Origin: an uncultured Desulfobacteraceae bacterium
GTDB taxonomy: Bacteria > Desulfobacterota > DSM-4660 > Desulfatiglandales > HGW-15
Reading direction: 5' to 3'
DNA length: 64,000 bases
NCBI GenBank assembly: GCA_964418945.1
Contig: CAYQNR010000006.1
Location: 985 to 64,984 of the forward strand
In this document: positions 44,870-56,612 of the stretch, piece after piece
How the letters are laid out: every line of letters begins with the position of its first letter
Numbering within the stretch: position 1 is the first letter of the stretch
Notes under the pieces: generated by a model
What the model saw: the letters and a program-made list of their open reading frames with translations, nothing else
What the model was told of the DNA's origin: nothing
Databases searched by the model: none
Translations under genes and position numbers: made by a program

Positions 44870-45358
44870 CCTTGTCGAAGATCCCGCTGCTGTGTGCGGG
44901 GAATCCTAATACATATCGTCTTGAAAAGAATGGCCGTGACCGAAGGGCTGTCCCTTTCCTTCGTTCCGGATCTCCCGGGCTGGTCATTTCAAGGGGTTAC
45001 GGCCGTGTGATGCCTACCCCCTCCGCTGTTCCCCTCGGTTTCACTCGGGGCCAGGGTGTCCCCCACCCGTAACCCCCTGAAATAACAGTGCCCTCCCGAT
45101 AGTCACTCAAAAAAGGAACAGCCCTTCGCCCTGGTGGCACACCTGCGGCCTTGCATAAGGTCACAGAGCTGTTCTTTTCAAGACGACATGTTTAGTATTC
45201 CGTGGACGTGGGCTTCAGGTGGAATCCTTTTTTGAGATGTCATCTTGAAAAAAATACCTGGGACCCGGAATTAGCTATTAGCTGTTAGCCCTTCTCCCTG
45301 GACCCCTTGAAGCCCCGAATCCTTGTCAAAGATCCCGCTGCTGTGTGCAGGGAATCCT
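44870..45358. repeat. Repeat nest flanked by 38-bp direct repeats
   Basis: The direct repeats CCTTGTCRAAGATCCCGCTGCTGTGTGCRGGGAATCCT sit at 44870-44907 and 45321-45358 with 2 mismatches. They bracket an inverted family-A terminus (44913-44941), family C copy 2 (44947-45148) and a deleted family A copy (45159-45252). Confidence 0.8.
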
Positions 45359-45374
45359 GATCAGAATGCAATTA

Positions 45375-45746
45375 TTACTCATATGCCAGCTCAAAGGCGT
45401 CCTGTATCAGCTCAATTTCCTCTTTACCACCTTTAATATTTATAGCAATAACGTCAAATCGCGATTTTATGTCACAACAACCATTGGCCTTCATATAGTA
45501 AAGGGCTACCTTGGATATTTGACGTTTTTTCCTTTGGTGGATAGCCTCTTTTGCGTTGCCTGTAGAGCTGTTTTTCCGTGTCTTGATCTCAATAAAAACA
45601 AGACAGTCACCATCTTTGGCAATGAGATCTATTTCACCTAGGGGACAGCGGTAATTCTTGGCCACGAGCTTATAACCAAGTCTTTTTATCCTTTTTAGCG
45701 CCAGTTTCTCACCCAGTTCTCCCAGGTGGAGCCTTTCCCGCGTCAA
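45375..45746 (-). CDS. YraN-family (UPF0102) endonuclease-like protein
   Basis: The sequence GELGEKLALKRIKRLGYKLVAKNYRCPLGEIDLIAKDGDCLVFIEIKTR supports the call. Confidence 0.8.
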   Translation of the reverse strand: MTRERLHLGELGEKLALKRIKRLGYKLVAKNYRCPLGEIDLIAKDGDCLVFIEIKTRKNSSTGNAKEAIHQRKKRQISKVALYYMKANGCCDIKSRFDVIAINIKGGKEEIELIQDAFELAYE

Positions 45747-45747
45747 A

Positions 45748-46398
45748 TCAACACACTCCTCTGAAGGTTAGCCTGTGAACAGGGCAGGGACCATATCGGC
45801 ACAAGGCCTTAAGATGGCGCGCGGTTCCATAGCCTTTATTCCTATTGAATCCATATTCCGGAAAAGAGACGTGATAAGACCGCATTATCCTGTCTCGATA
45901 TACCTTGGCGACTATGGAGGCCGCGGATATGCTCTGGCTTAATTGATCACCTTTTATGATACATCTCTGAGGAGTAACGATCGGTATCTTATGGATGCCG
46001 TCAACCAGGACATATTCCGGAGCAGGATCAAGCCATGACAGGGCCCGCTTCATAGCCTCCAGGGAAGATATAAGGATATTGGATTGATCAATGGTCTTGT
46101 GGGAAACCACAGCGACAGAGACTGCAAGGGCATCATTTACTATGACGGAAAATGCCTTCTCCCTGGCCTTTTCCGTCATTTTTTTAGAATCCTTTATCCC
46201 CGGTAGCATTACTCTCTTTGGAATAATCACGGCCGCCGCCACAACCGGCCCTGCGAGAGGTCCTCTTCCTGCCTCGTCAACCCCTGCTATTATTCCATAC
46301 CCATTCTTCCAGGCTAAGGACTCATGAAACAACGGGTTGAGCGAATCAAAGGCATCATACCCGGAGAAAAGCAACAGGTTTTTGTTTGGACTAATCAA
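45748..46398 (-). CDS. rnhB: Ribonuclease HII
   Basis: GVDEAGRGPLAGPVVAAAV and the downstream DSK and ASI(V)AK motifs are present. Confidence 0.9.
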   Translation of the reverse strand: MISPNKNLLLFSGYDAFDSLNPLFHESLAWKNGYGIIAGVDEAGRGPLAGPVVAAAVIIPKRVMLPGIKDSKKMTEKAREKAFSVIVNDALAVSVAVVSHKTIDQSNILISSLEAMKRALSWLDPAPEYVLVDGIHKIPIVTPQRCIIKGDQLSQSISAASIVAKVYRDRIMRSYHVSFPEYGFNRNKGYGTARHLKALCRYGPCPVHRLTFRGVC

Positions 46399-46418
46399 TA
46401 TTCTTCAAGGTTAAGTGA

Positions 46419-46766
46419 TCAGGCCCTTTTTTCTTTAATACGCGCGGCCTTCCCTCTAAGTTTACGCATATAATATAACTTCCCTCTCTTGACCTTACCT
46501 TTGGACACGACCTCAATCTTATCGATGGTGGGTGAATGGAGGGGGAATATCCTTTCCACCCCAATACCATAGGAGACCTTGCGTACGGTAAAGGTGGCCC
46601 CTGTTTTACCTTTTCTTTTACGGATGACAAAACCCTGAAAGACTTGAATACGTTCCTTTTCGCCCTCTTTGATCTTGGCGTGTACCTTAATGGTATCACC
46701 GACCTTAAAACCGGGAATATCGACCCTCATCTGCTCTTTTTCTATATTCTCAATTATATTGTTCAT
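46419..46766 (-). CDS. rplS: 50S ribosomal protein L19
   Basis: The sequence [32 protein letters not shown]...FTVRK...[11 protein letters not shown] supports the call. Confidence 0.95.
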   Translation of the reverse strand: MNNIIENIEKEQMRVDIPGFKVGDTIKVHAKIKEGEKERIQVFQGFVIRKRKGKTGATFTVRKVSYGIGVERIFPLHSPTIDKIEVVSKGKVKRGKLYYMRKLRGKAARIKEKRA

Positions 46767-46785
46767 TTATCCTCCAACATGTGGA

Positions 46786-46850
46786 CCATCCAGAAACATC
46801 TTGTTTCCGGATGAAGCTTTAACCGATCAGCCATTAGCATTTAGCCAAGA
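46786..46850. repeat. Intra-operon hairpin module X (upstream of rplS)
   Basis: The hairpin CATCCAGAAAC-ATCTT-GTTTCCGGATG is followed by AGCTTTAACCGATCAGCC and heptamer-like ATTAGCATTTAGCC. It is related to 49321-49429. Confidence 0.6.
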
Positions 46851-46869
46851 CCTTGTTTTTAAATAGTTT

Positions 46870-47424
46870 TTATCTACCAGCCAGACGGTCCAGGATAATC
46901 CCTGCCGCTGTTCTTACAGACAGATGATTGTAATTGCTTGATCCTTTAATAGGCTCCAGTGTGAAATCAGCCGAATCAATGATATCTTTATGGAGACCCC
47001 ATGCGGTTCCAAAAAGAATAAAAACTGCTTTTGCAAGGTTCATGATATCTATTGCCCTGGAAAAAGTCACGGATAACCGGGACTTTTTTGAGGCGTCTGT
47101 CGCTATCAGAAGAGGTCTCTCACCTTCTAAATCTTTAATCTTTTCAATAGATTCTTCAAGTGACTGGCTGATATCTATTATCTCTATAGCTTCTTTTCTC
47201 TTAATATTATATTTCGCGCCATAACCTTTTGTCCAGTGCAGTATTATGCGCTCGGCGATCTTCTGCTGGTCATGTAAAGGGGTTATGACGAATAATCTCT
47301 CTGCACCGTAAGTCCTGGCCAGCCTTGCCAGGTCGTGAAGATCGAGATTTGTTATTGATGAGGCTATTTCTTGATCATTCTTATTATAAACAGGGTAATG
47401 GATCAGCCCTATATAAAGCCTCAT
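46870..47424 (-). CDS. SPOUT-type RNA methyltransferase-like protein (Methyltrn_RNA_4-like)
   Basis: 184 aa, lying between trmD and rplS as in many bacteria. The sequence MRLYIGLIHYPVYNKNDQEIASSITNLDLHDLAR...ILFGTAWGL supports the call. Confidence 0.65.
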   Translation of the reverse strand: MRLYIGLIHYPVYNKNDQEIASSITNLDLHDLARLARTYGAERLFVITPLHDQQKIAERIILHWTKGYGAKYNIKRKEAIEIIDISQSLEESIEKIKDLEGERPLLIATDASKKSRLSVTFSRAIDIMNLAKAVFILFGTAWGLHKDIIDSADFTLEPIKGSSNYNHLSVRTAAGIILDRLAGR

Positions 47425-47442
47425 GGAATAATCCTATTCTAT

Positions 47443-48156
47443 CTAATCACGATCAGCATGATCCTTTTCCGCTAATCCGGCTTTTTCAAGGAGATCAGGT
47501 CTCCTTTGGTGAGTCCTCTTTATGGCTTCTGCTTTACGCCACGCCCGGATCTTTTCGTGATCCCCGGAGAGAAGGATTGACGGCACTTCCTCCCCCATAA
47601 ACACTCTCGGCCTGGTATAATGGGGGTATTCCAACAACCCCTCTTGAAAGGAATCTTCAAGATTGGACCTTTCGCCTCCCAGAACTCCCGGAATAAGACG
47701 GCATACGGTATCCAGAACAACTATTGCCCCCGGTTCACCACCGCTTAGAATATAGTCGCCGATGGATATTTCCATATCAATGTAATGGGCCCTGATCCTT
47801 TCGTCAATGCCTTCATATCGGCCACAAACCAGTATTAACTGATCCCATTCGGCCAGTTGCCAGGCCATAGTTTGATCGAATTTCTTACCCTGGGGGGTGA
47901 GAAGTATGACCGCGGACCGGCCGGCTACCCTTTCCACGGAATCTAACGCTCGATAAATCGGGCCCGGCTTCATTACCATTCCGTTTCCGCCTCCATACGG
48001 GCGGTCATCCGTCACCTTACGAAGCCCTTTGGCAAAGGAACGGATATCCACAAGCCTTACGTCCAGTAATCCTTTTTTTATGGCCTGTCTCAGGGTGCCC
48101 TTTTCGAGTAAAGGCCTGAAGAATTCAGGAAAAAGGGTCAGAATATCAAACCTCAT
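47443..48156 (-). CDS. trmD: tRNA (guanine37-N1)-methyltransferase TrmD
   Basis: MRFDILTLFPEFF...CGRYEGIDERI...SIGDYILSGGE is the TrmD signature. Confidence 0.9.
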   Translation of the reverse strand: MRFDILTLFPEFFRPLLEKGTLRQAIKKGLLDVRLVDIRSFAKGLRKVTDDRPYGGGNGMVMKPGPIYRALDSVERVAGRSAVILLTPQGKKFDQTMAWQLAEWDQLILVCGRYEGIDERIRAHYIDMEISIGDYILSGGEPGAIVVLDTVCRLIPGVLGGERSNLEDSFQEGLLEYPHYTRPRVFMGEEVPSILLSGDHEKIRAWRKAEAIKRTHQRRPDLLEKAGLAEKDHADRD

Positions 48157-48682
48157 TTAGATTGAGTAACCCCTCCATTTCAGAGATAATGATTTTCTTA
48201 TTCTCCAGGTCGATCTCATCGACCACTTCGTGAATGGCAGGGATCAAGACCTCTTTTCCCCCCTTTTTTACAACGTATATATCATTACTGCCGGTGGGTA
48301 TGATATCTGTTAATCTGCCCAGGTATCGCCCTGAATTCAGAAATACCTCCAGGCCGATGAGTTCAAACCAGAAGTATTCCTCTTCACCTTTTTGTCCGAG
48401 AAGGTCTTTTCTTATGAAAATCTCGGTGCCGCGGTATCTCTCCGCTTCTTCCAGCGACTGCAATCCCTGCAGCCGCAACAAGAATACACTTTTATGAGGC
48501 TTTATGGATGAGACCTTGCATTCACGCATCTCATCCTTGTCGGATTTCAGGAAAACGTTTCCTGCATCAAGGAATGATTCCGCAGATTGCGCATAGGACC
48601 GGATTCTAAGAGAGCCATCCAGCCCGTGGGGCCGAATCACCTTTCCAACGAGGAGCAGATTTTCAGATGAAACCTTACTCAA
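48146..48682 (-). CDS. rimM: 16S rRNA processing protein RimM
   Basis: LLVGKVIRPHGLDGSLRI... is followed by a PRC-barrel C-terminus. The gene overlaps the trmD start. Confidence 0.85.
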   Translation of the reverse strand: MSKVSSENLLLVGKVIRPHGLDGSLRIRSYAQSAESFLDAGNVFLKSDKDEMRECKVSSIKPHKSVFLLRLQGLQSLEEAERYRGTEIFIRKDLLGQKGEEEYFWFELIGLEVFLNSGRYLGRLTDIIPTGSNDIYVVKKGGKEVLIPAIHEVVDEIDLENKKIIISEMEGLLNLNEV

Positions 48683-48684
48683 AG

Positions 48685-48912
48685 CTATTCAATAATCTCT
48701 AGAACGGATCTTTTTCTGAGCTTGGTTGAAGCAGCGCTGAGAATGGTCCTCATGGCGCGCGCAGTTCTTCCCTGTTTCCCGATGATCTTGCCCAGATCCT
48801 CCTTGGCTACTTTTAGTTCGATCACAGAGGTCTGTTCGCCTTCTATTTCAGTCACTAGAACTTCTTCCGGATTATCGACCAGCGCCTTTGCTATGTAAGC
48901 TATCAAGTCCTT
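48685..48912 (-). CDS. KH-domain RNA-binding protein (YlqC/UPF0109)
   Basis: [19 protein letters not shown]...[18 protein letters not shown] carries the GxxG of a KH domain. The ORF is open up to 48942. Confidence 0.75.
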   Translation of the reverse strand, partial: KDLIAYIAKALVDNPEEVLVTEIEGEQTSVIELKVAKEDLGKIIGKQGRTARAMRTILSAASTKLRKRSVLEIIE

Positions 48913-48954
48913 CATCTCGATTAACCTCCTCGTACCATTCAACAGAATATCACA

Positions 48955-49218
48955 TCAGTCAGTCGTTTTAGGAACCTTAAGCAAGCCCTCTTTGTTTAAA
49001 ATCGCCTTTACGGATTCCGACGGGCTCGCGCCTTTTTCCAGCCACTCGCTCACCCTTTGTTTATCGATCTTGATCTCGGCAGGATTGTTCATAGGATTAT
49101 ATATGCCAAGTATTTCCAGGAATTTTCCGTCACGAGGCGCCTCGGAATCAGCCGCTACTAAACGATAATATGGTTTCTTTTTTTTTCCTTTTCTGGTTAG
49201 TCTCAATCTTACTGTCAT
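48955..49218 (-). CDS. rpsP: 30S ribosomal protein S16
   Basis: The sequence MTVRLRLTRKGKKKKPYYRLVAADSEAPRDGKFLEILGIYNP supports the call. Confidence 0.95.
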   Translation of the reverse strand: MTVRLRLTRKGKKKKPYYRLVAADSEAPRDGKFLEILGIYNPMNNPAEIKIDKQRVSEWLEKGASPSESVKAILNKEGLLKVPKTTD

Positions 49219-49320
49219 GTTTTGGACTTATCACCCCCTTGTGTATCAGCTAGTATAAACATACAATAAAAAACTAATTAGTCCCCACCCCTGGACTTAC
49301 GTTTTTGGGATTCATGCTGT

Positions 49321-49429
49321 CAGTAATTAGCATTTAGCTATCAGCAAAGACATTAAAACCAACAGATTGGCTGAATGCCGAGGGCTGATCGCTGAAAGCT
49401 CCATCCAGAAACATCTTGTTTCTGGATGG
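49321..49429. repeat. Intra-operon hairpin module Y (between ffh and rpsP)
   Basis: ATTAGCATTTAGCTATCAGC...GGCTGATCGCTGAAAGCT is followed by the hairpin CCATCCAGAAAC-ATCTT-GTTTCTGGATGG. The hairpin ends 4 nt from the ffh stop codon. Confidence 0.6.
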
Positions 49430-49432
49430 AAA

Positions 49433-50755
49433 CTAATTAAATAACGACGGCAAACTCCGGAGCCCCTTGCTTGTTAATTGTTCCATCATCTTTTTTGTCC
49501 GGCTAAAATTCTTCAACAGGCGATTGACGTCCTGCACGGTTGTGCCGCTTCCGCGGGCAATCCTCTTTCGTCTGCTCCCTTTTATTATCTTGTAATCAGA
49601 TCTTTCCTTCCTGGTCATGGAATTGATAATGGCCTCCACCTTTACCAATTCTGTTTCATCCGGCTTTAATCCTTTCATATTTAACTGGCCCGTGCCTGGT
49701 AGCATGCTGATAATCTTATCAAGGGATCCCAGTTTTTTTATCTGCATGAGCTGTTTTTGAAAATCCTCGAGATTAAAGTCTCTCTTTTTAATCTTTTTCT
49801 CCAGATTCAAGGCCTCTTTCTGGTCGAATTCTTCCTGGGCCCTTTCAATCAGGGATATCATGTCTCCCATCCCCAGGATCCGGGAGGCCATCCTGTCAGG
49901 GAAAAAGGGCTCAAGGGCATCCAGTTTTTCTCCTACACCTATAAATTTTATCGGCTTGCCCGTAACCGCCTTAATAGACAGGGCCGCCCCTCCCCTGGAG
50001 TCACCCTCCATCTTGGTCAGGATGACTCCCGTGATATCGAGGGTTTGATCAAACTGCTTTGCCACGTTCACAGCATCCTGTCCGGTCATGGAATCCGCTA
50101 CGAAAAGGATCTCGGAGAGATTAATCCTGTTTTTGATTCGAACGAGTTCGTCCATAAGCTCTTCGTTTACGTGAAGTCGTCCAGCTGTGTCCATAATCAA
50201 CACATCGTAAGCGTATTCCCCGGCCTTTGAGAGGGCATCAACACATATATCTTCAGGCTTCATGCCGTTGTCCGAGGCATAAACGGGTATGTCTATTTGG
50301 GCCCCCAGTTTCTTTAGTTGTTCTATGGCAGCGGGCCTGTATATATCGGCCGGCACCAGACAGGGGTTTCTCCCCTGTTTACGTATATGCAGGGCAAGTT
50401 TGCCCGCTGTCGTGGTCTTTCCCGAGCCCTGGAGACCGACCAGCATAATGGTTATGGGGGTTTGTCCGGAAAGTTCAAGGCCTTGCCCGGATCCTCCCAT
50501 CAGGCTGGTCAATTCCTCATTTACGATCTTAACAACCTGCTGTCCGGGGGTTAGACTGTCCAGGACCTCGCTGCCCAGGGCACGTTGCCGGATATCCTGG
50601 ACAAAGTCTTTTACAATCCTGTAGTTTACATCGGCCTCAAGGAGCGCCAGGCGTACTTCTTTAAGGGCATCTTGAATATTGCTTTCACTCAATTTGCCAT
50701 GGCCTTTCAAAGTTTTAAAAGTTTTGTTTAACTTTTGGGATAAATTATCAAACAT
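49433..50755 (-). CDS. ffh: Signal recognition particle protein Ffh
   Basis: MFDNLSQKLNKTFKTLKG..., the GTPase motifs GLQGSGKTTT, DTAGR and TKMD, and an M-domain are present. The ORF is open up to 50788. Confidence 0.95.
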   Translation of the reverse strand: MFDNLSQKLNKTFKTLKGHGKLSESNIQDALKEVRLALLEADVNYRIVKDFVQDIRQRALGSEVLDSLTPGQQVVKIVNEELTSLMGGSGQGLELSGQTPITIMLVGLQGSGKTTTAGKLALHIRKQGRNPCLVPADIYRPAAIEQLKKLGAQIDIPVYASDNGMKPEDICVDALSKAGEYAYDVLIMDTAGRLHVNEELMDELVRIKNRINLSEILFVADSMTGQDAVNVAKQFDQTLDITGVILTKMEGDSRGGAALSIKAVTGKPIKFIGVGEKLDALEPFFPDRMASRILGMGDMISLIERAQEEFDQKEALNLEKKIKKRDFNLEDFQKQLMQIKKLGSLDKIISMLPGTGQLNMKGLKPDETELVKVEAIINSMTRKERSDYKIIKGSRRKRIARGSGTTVQDVNRLLKNFSRTKKMMEQLTSKGLRSLPSLFN

Positions 50756-51250
50756 ATAATCCGGACTCCACCCCTTGGATTTAAACATTTAGTATAAATA
50801 TTCTCATACTTTAATGTCAAGACAAAACAAGGGGTACAAGGATATTTCAGGGGTCGAGAAGTCGGGGATTGGAGGTCAGACCCACAGAGATCAGGACCCT
50901 AGAGCATCAGAATTTCAGAATCTCAGGGCCCAAGATGTTCAGAAGGTAGGGAGGATTAAGGTGGGGTCTCATTCGAGTGTCCCGAGACCCCTCCTAACCT
51001 CCCCCTAAGAGGGAAAGGGCCATAATGTCATTCCGGGCTAGGGGGGCTTACATTGGTGAGATCCGTGGTTCGACAGGCTCACCACCCTGAGCGAAGTCGA
51101 TGGGGAATCCAGGAAAATGAACGCATAAGAGAAGTTTCTGGAGCCAGGCTCACAAGAGGAACATGAACTTTAATGTTGCCAACAGGGCTTTGTTTTTAAT
51201 AATGTATCCATGATCTTTTTATGCATGCACTCTCCTCTTTGAGGAGGTAG

Positions 51251-53311
<2,061 letters not shown>

Positions 53312-53560
53312 GGATCACCTCCAAATTAGTCCACCCTCTGCAGTAATCTGCTACGGAGGAGGGGTTGTTTGATAATCAGGATTCAAGTTTAAAGTCTTAA
53401 AAGAGAATGTCGAATGTAAAAATGGAATGATGAATGCGGGTTCCCATTTGCTGCGTTTCAAACACTTAAATCCTTGAACCCTTGAATCCCAGACACTTTC
53501 TTGCATCTGACTGGATGAAGGATTTTTAGATAATATGATTACAAGATAAGGAGCAAGCCC

Positions 53561-53839
53561 ATGGGTGATATAAGAGTGCGCCTTATCATTGAAGGCAGGG
53601 TTCAGGGTGTGTGGTTCAGGGACTCAACCCGTAGAGAGGCCAGAGGACTGGGAATAAAAGGTTGGGTGAAGAACAGGCCCGACGGGTGTGTGGAAGTCCT
53701 GGCGGAAGGTCTTGAAGAGAAGGTAAATCAGATGATAACCTGGTGTCACCATGGCCCGCCCTATGCCGAAGTTGTCCGGGTGGAAAAGACCGTGGAGGAA
53801 TGGCAGGGAAAATTTGATTCATTTGATATTGTTTGGTAA
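53561..53839 (+). CDS. acyP: Acylphosphatase
   Basis: The sequence VRLIIEGRVQGVWFRDSTRREARGLGIKGWVKNRPDGCVEVLAEG supports the call. Confidence 0.85.
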   Translation: MGDIRVRLIIEGRVQGVWFRDSTRREARGLGIKGWVKNRPDGCVEVLAEGLEEKVNQMITWCHHGPPYAEVVRVEKTVEEWQGKFDSFDIVW

Positions 53840-53920
53840 ATAAGGGGTCAAGGGGTGTTGGGATTCCATGTTCGAGGTTCATGTTGTTATTATAGTAGAC
53901 TATACAATGGAGGCTGATTA

Positions 53921-54862
53921 ATGAAAACGGTCACTTTCACAAGATGGTTCTTTCTAATCATATTCATATTTATGTTACTAACGGGCTTCGGCTGCGGCAT
54001 GTTCAAATCAATATACAGTTTCACTACCCACCCAGTCGAATCCATATCTGGAGCAATAGCAGGGGAAGAGGCGGTTCTCACCAAAAGAACCCTGGTTGCG
54101 CCTTTCGTGAACCACGCCGGGATCAAACAGGAAGTGGTGCCCCTGATTGCTGATAGGTTTGTGGATTTGCTCCGAAAGGGTGATCACATTTCAGTAACCA
54201 TGTTAGAGGATTTTGACAGATCAGACCTGGTCACTTCATCTCCTCAATATGGGGTGGTTATTGATCAGGAGCTTGTAAAAAAGGCTGAGGAAATGGGAAT
54301 GGATATGCTCATTACCGCCACTATCAACCCTTTTGATGTGGTAACCAAAAAAAGCGGTTTATGGCCTTTCCGAGGGATAAAAAAGCACGTTACCATTTCC
54401 ATGAGCATGAACGCCCTTGATATTATAAACGGCACTCTGGTTAGCGCCGAAACCGAAACCAGGAACATAAAAATGGATTCTGAAGGTCCGGAAGACCAGG
54501 ACGAAACATGGGAGGTTGATTATAATATATTGGATGAGGAATTATCTTCCATCCTTGAAGACCAATCATCTGGTGTCTCTGAGGCCCTTGATTCCATTCC
54601 CTGGACAGGAAAGATAAAATTAACGGATAACAACAATGTGATAATTAACGGGGGAGAGGATGTAGGTATAACCAAGGGCAGCGTTTTTGAGGTATTCAGA
54701 AAGTCGGAACCGATTCAGTCCTTGAACGGCAAGGAATATTTTTTCCTGGGGGCCAAGCAGGGAGAAATTAGGGCTGAAGAGGTGAGAAGCGAATATACCA
54801 TCGCCGTGCCACTGGACAATGAGATATTAGAACACGGGCAGTTGGTAAGATTGAAGAGTTAA
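53921..54862 (+). CDS. Putative lipoprotein of unknown function
   Basis: A signal peptide with LTGFGC is present. 313 aa with an acidic central part. No family recognised. Confidence 0.5.
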   Translation: MKTVTFTRWFFLIIFIFMLLTGFGCGMFKSIYSFTTHPVESISGAIAGEEAVLTKRTLVAPFVNHAGIKQEVVPLIADRFVDLLRKGDHISVTMLEDFDRSDLVTSSPQYGVVIDQELVKKAEEMGMDMLITATINPFDVVTKKSGLWPFRGIKKHVTISMSMNALDIINGTLVSAETETRNIKMDSEGPEDQDETWEVDYNILDEELSSILEDQSSGVSEALDSIPWTGKIKLTDNNNVIINGGEDVGITKGSVFEVFRKSEPIQSLNGKEYFFLGAKQGEIRAEEVRSEYTIAVPLDNEILEHGQLVRLKS

Positions 54863-54871
54863 TATGTCCTG

Positions 54872-56569
54872 TCAAATATGTTTCCCCAGCATCTCCCTGG
54901 CGAGGGCGATAGCTTGGTCAGAGACCACCTTCCCGCCCATTAGTCGCCCCACCTCCTTCACCCTCTGGTCCCTGCTCAATGCCGTGATAAGGGTCTCGGT
55001 TCGGTTTCCCCTCACGGTCTTTGTTACCAGAAAATGTGTATCCCCTTTGCTGGCAATCTGGGGGAGATGGGTTATGCAAAGGATTTGATGGTATTGGGCC
55101 AAGGAATTGAGTTTTTCTCCTACTACCTCTGCCGTGGCCCCTCCGATACCTGAATCCACCTCATCAAAGATTATTGTCTCCACTGAGGCCTTTCTGGCCA
55201 GGATAGTCTTCAGGGCCAGCATGATTCTTGACAGCTCACCCCCGGATGCTATCTTAGAGAGGGGTCTCAGCTCCTCGCCCACATTGGGTGAAAGCATGAA
55301 TTCAACCCTGTCATAACCCTCCGGTCTGACGGAGTTTATAAGGGTCTCCGGGTCATTGATATCTTCGGGGTCTTTCGGGGCGAACCTCACCTCAAATCTG
55401 GTCCCACCCATTTCCAGCAGAGCGAGTTCACCTTCTACGGATTTTTCCATCTTTTCAGCTATCTCTCTTCTCTTCAAAGAAAGGGCTGTGGCCCTGGAGA
55501 CAGTATCTTTTTCCTGTTTCTTAAGGTCTTTCTTAATGTCTTCCAGTTCCTTTTCCTGGCGGTCCAGGTTATGTATCATCCCCGAGAGTTCTTCTCTAAA
55601 GGCCATGACATTTTCAAGGGAGGGACCATATTTTTTTTTCAGGCTGTTGAGGGAGTGTAACCTTTCCTCCACCTCTTCCAACCGGTAGGGACTAATAACC
55701 ACGCTGTCACGAAGCTGTCTGAGGTGAAGGGCCGTTTCTTCCAGTTCCGCCTTGGCGGACGCCAGGGCATTTCCGACTGATTCCAGCCTGCGGTCGATTT
55801 CAGAGCCTTTTTCTACCCCCTTTACGCATAGGGAGAGTTCGGAGATAATGGAATCCTCTTTTTCATAAAGGGTGTCATATGTACCGGCAATTATCTCTTT
55901 AAGCTGTTCCGCGTGCCTGAGACGTTTTCTCTCTTCCTCCAGGAGGCTGTCTTCTCTATCAAGTATATGGGCGGCTTCGATTTCCTTTGTCTGAAAAAGG
56001 GCCAGTTCCTGTCTTTCCCTGCTTTGCTTGATCTCCCTCTCCATCTTCAGACATTTCTCTTTCACGGCCTCGTATCTATTGAAGGATTCGGCCAGATCCA
56101 TCCGCTCGGCAGTCAAACCGCCGAAATCATCCAGGAGAAAGACGTGATTGTCCTGTTTCAGTAAGGCCTGGTGCTCATGCTGGCCTGAAATGCTTATCAT
56201 CATCATGCCGATCCCAGACAGCATCTGAAGGGTGGCCATGGACCCGTTAATCAGAATCCGGTTGCGGCCTTCGCGTGAGATAGTCCGCTTGATCAGGAGT
56301 TCTCCATCAGATCGGACATCCAGTTCAGACAGGTATTTCGATATCAAGGAATTATCAGGGAGGGTGAACAGTGCCTCAACCCTTGCCTCCTTAGCCCCAC
56401 TTCTGATAAGGTCCGCCGAGGCCCTTCCTCCCAGGATCAGATTCACCGCGTTGATAATGATGGATTTGCCGGCGCCGGTCTCTCCAGACATTATATTGAG
56501 ACCCGGCCTAAAATCGATCTCCAAATGGCTTATAATGGCGAAATCGGAGATGATTAATTGTGTGAGCAT
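54872..56569 (-). CDS. recN: DNA repair protein RecN
   Basis: The N-terminal Walker A is GETGAGKSIII. A long coiled coil follows, and the C-terminus carries the signature ASGGELSRIMLALK and FDEVDSGIGG. Confidence 0.9.
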   Translation of the reverse strand: MLTQLIISDFAIISHLEIDFRPGLNIMSGETGAGKSIIINAVNLILGGRASADLIRSGAKEARVEALFTLPDNSLISKYLSELDVRSDGELLIKRTISREGRNRILINGSMATLQMLSGIGMMMISISGQHEHQALLKQDNHVFLLDDFGGLTAERMDLAESFNRYEAVKEKCLKMEREIKQSRERQELALFQTKEIEAAHILDREDSLLEEERKRLRHAEQLKEIIAGTYDTLYEKEDSIISELSLCVKGVEKGSEIDRRLESVGNALASAKAELEETALHLRQLRDSVVISPYRLEEVEERLHSLNSLKKKYGPSLENVMAFREELSGMIHNLDRQEKELEDIKKDLKKQEKDTVSRATALSLKRREIAEKMEKSVEGELALLEMGGTRFEVRFAPKDPEDINDPETLINSVRPEGYDRVEFMLSPNVGEELRPLSKIASGGELSRIMLALKTILARKASVETIIFDEVDSGIGGATAEVVGEKLNSLAQYHQILCITHLPQIASKGDTHFLVTKTVRGNRTETLITALSRDQRVKEVGRLMGGKVVSDQAIALAREMLGKHI

Positions 56570-56612
56570 GCACTTGGTCCTATGCCTGTGTCCCTTTTGG
56601 GCCCTGTATTTT

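Noticed and set aside
45375-46398. YraN endonuclease plus RNase HII (and the nearby GIY-YIG) as a nuclease-based defence cluster
   Set aside because: rnhB-yraN downstream of rplS is a widely conserved housekeeping arrangement. The proteins have standard sizes and motifs.
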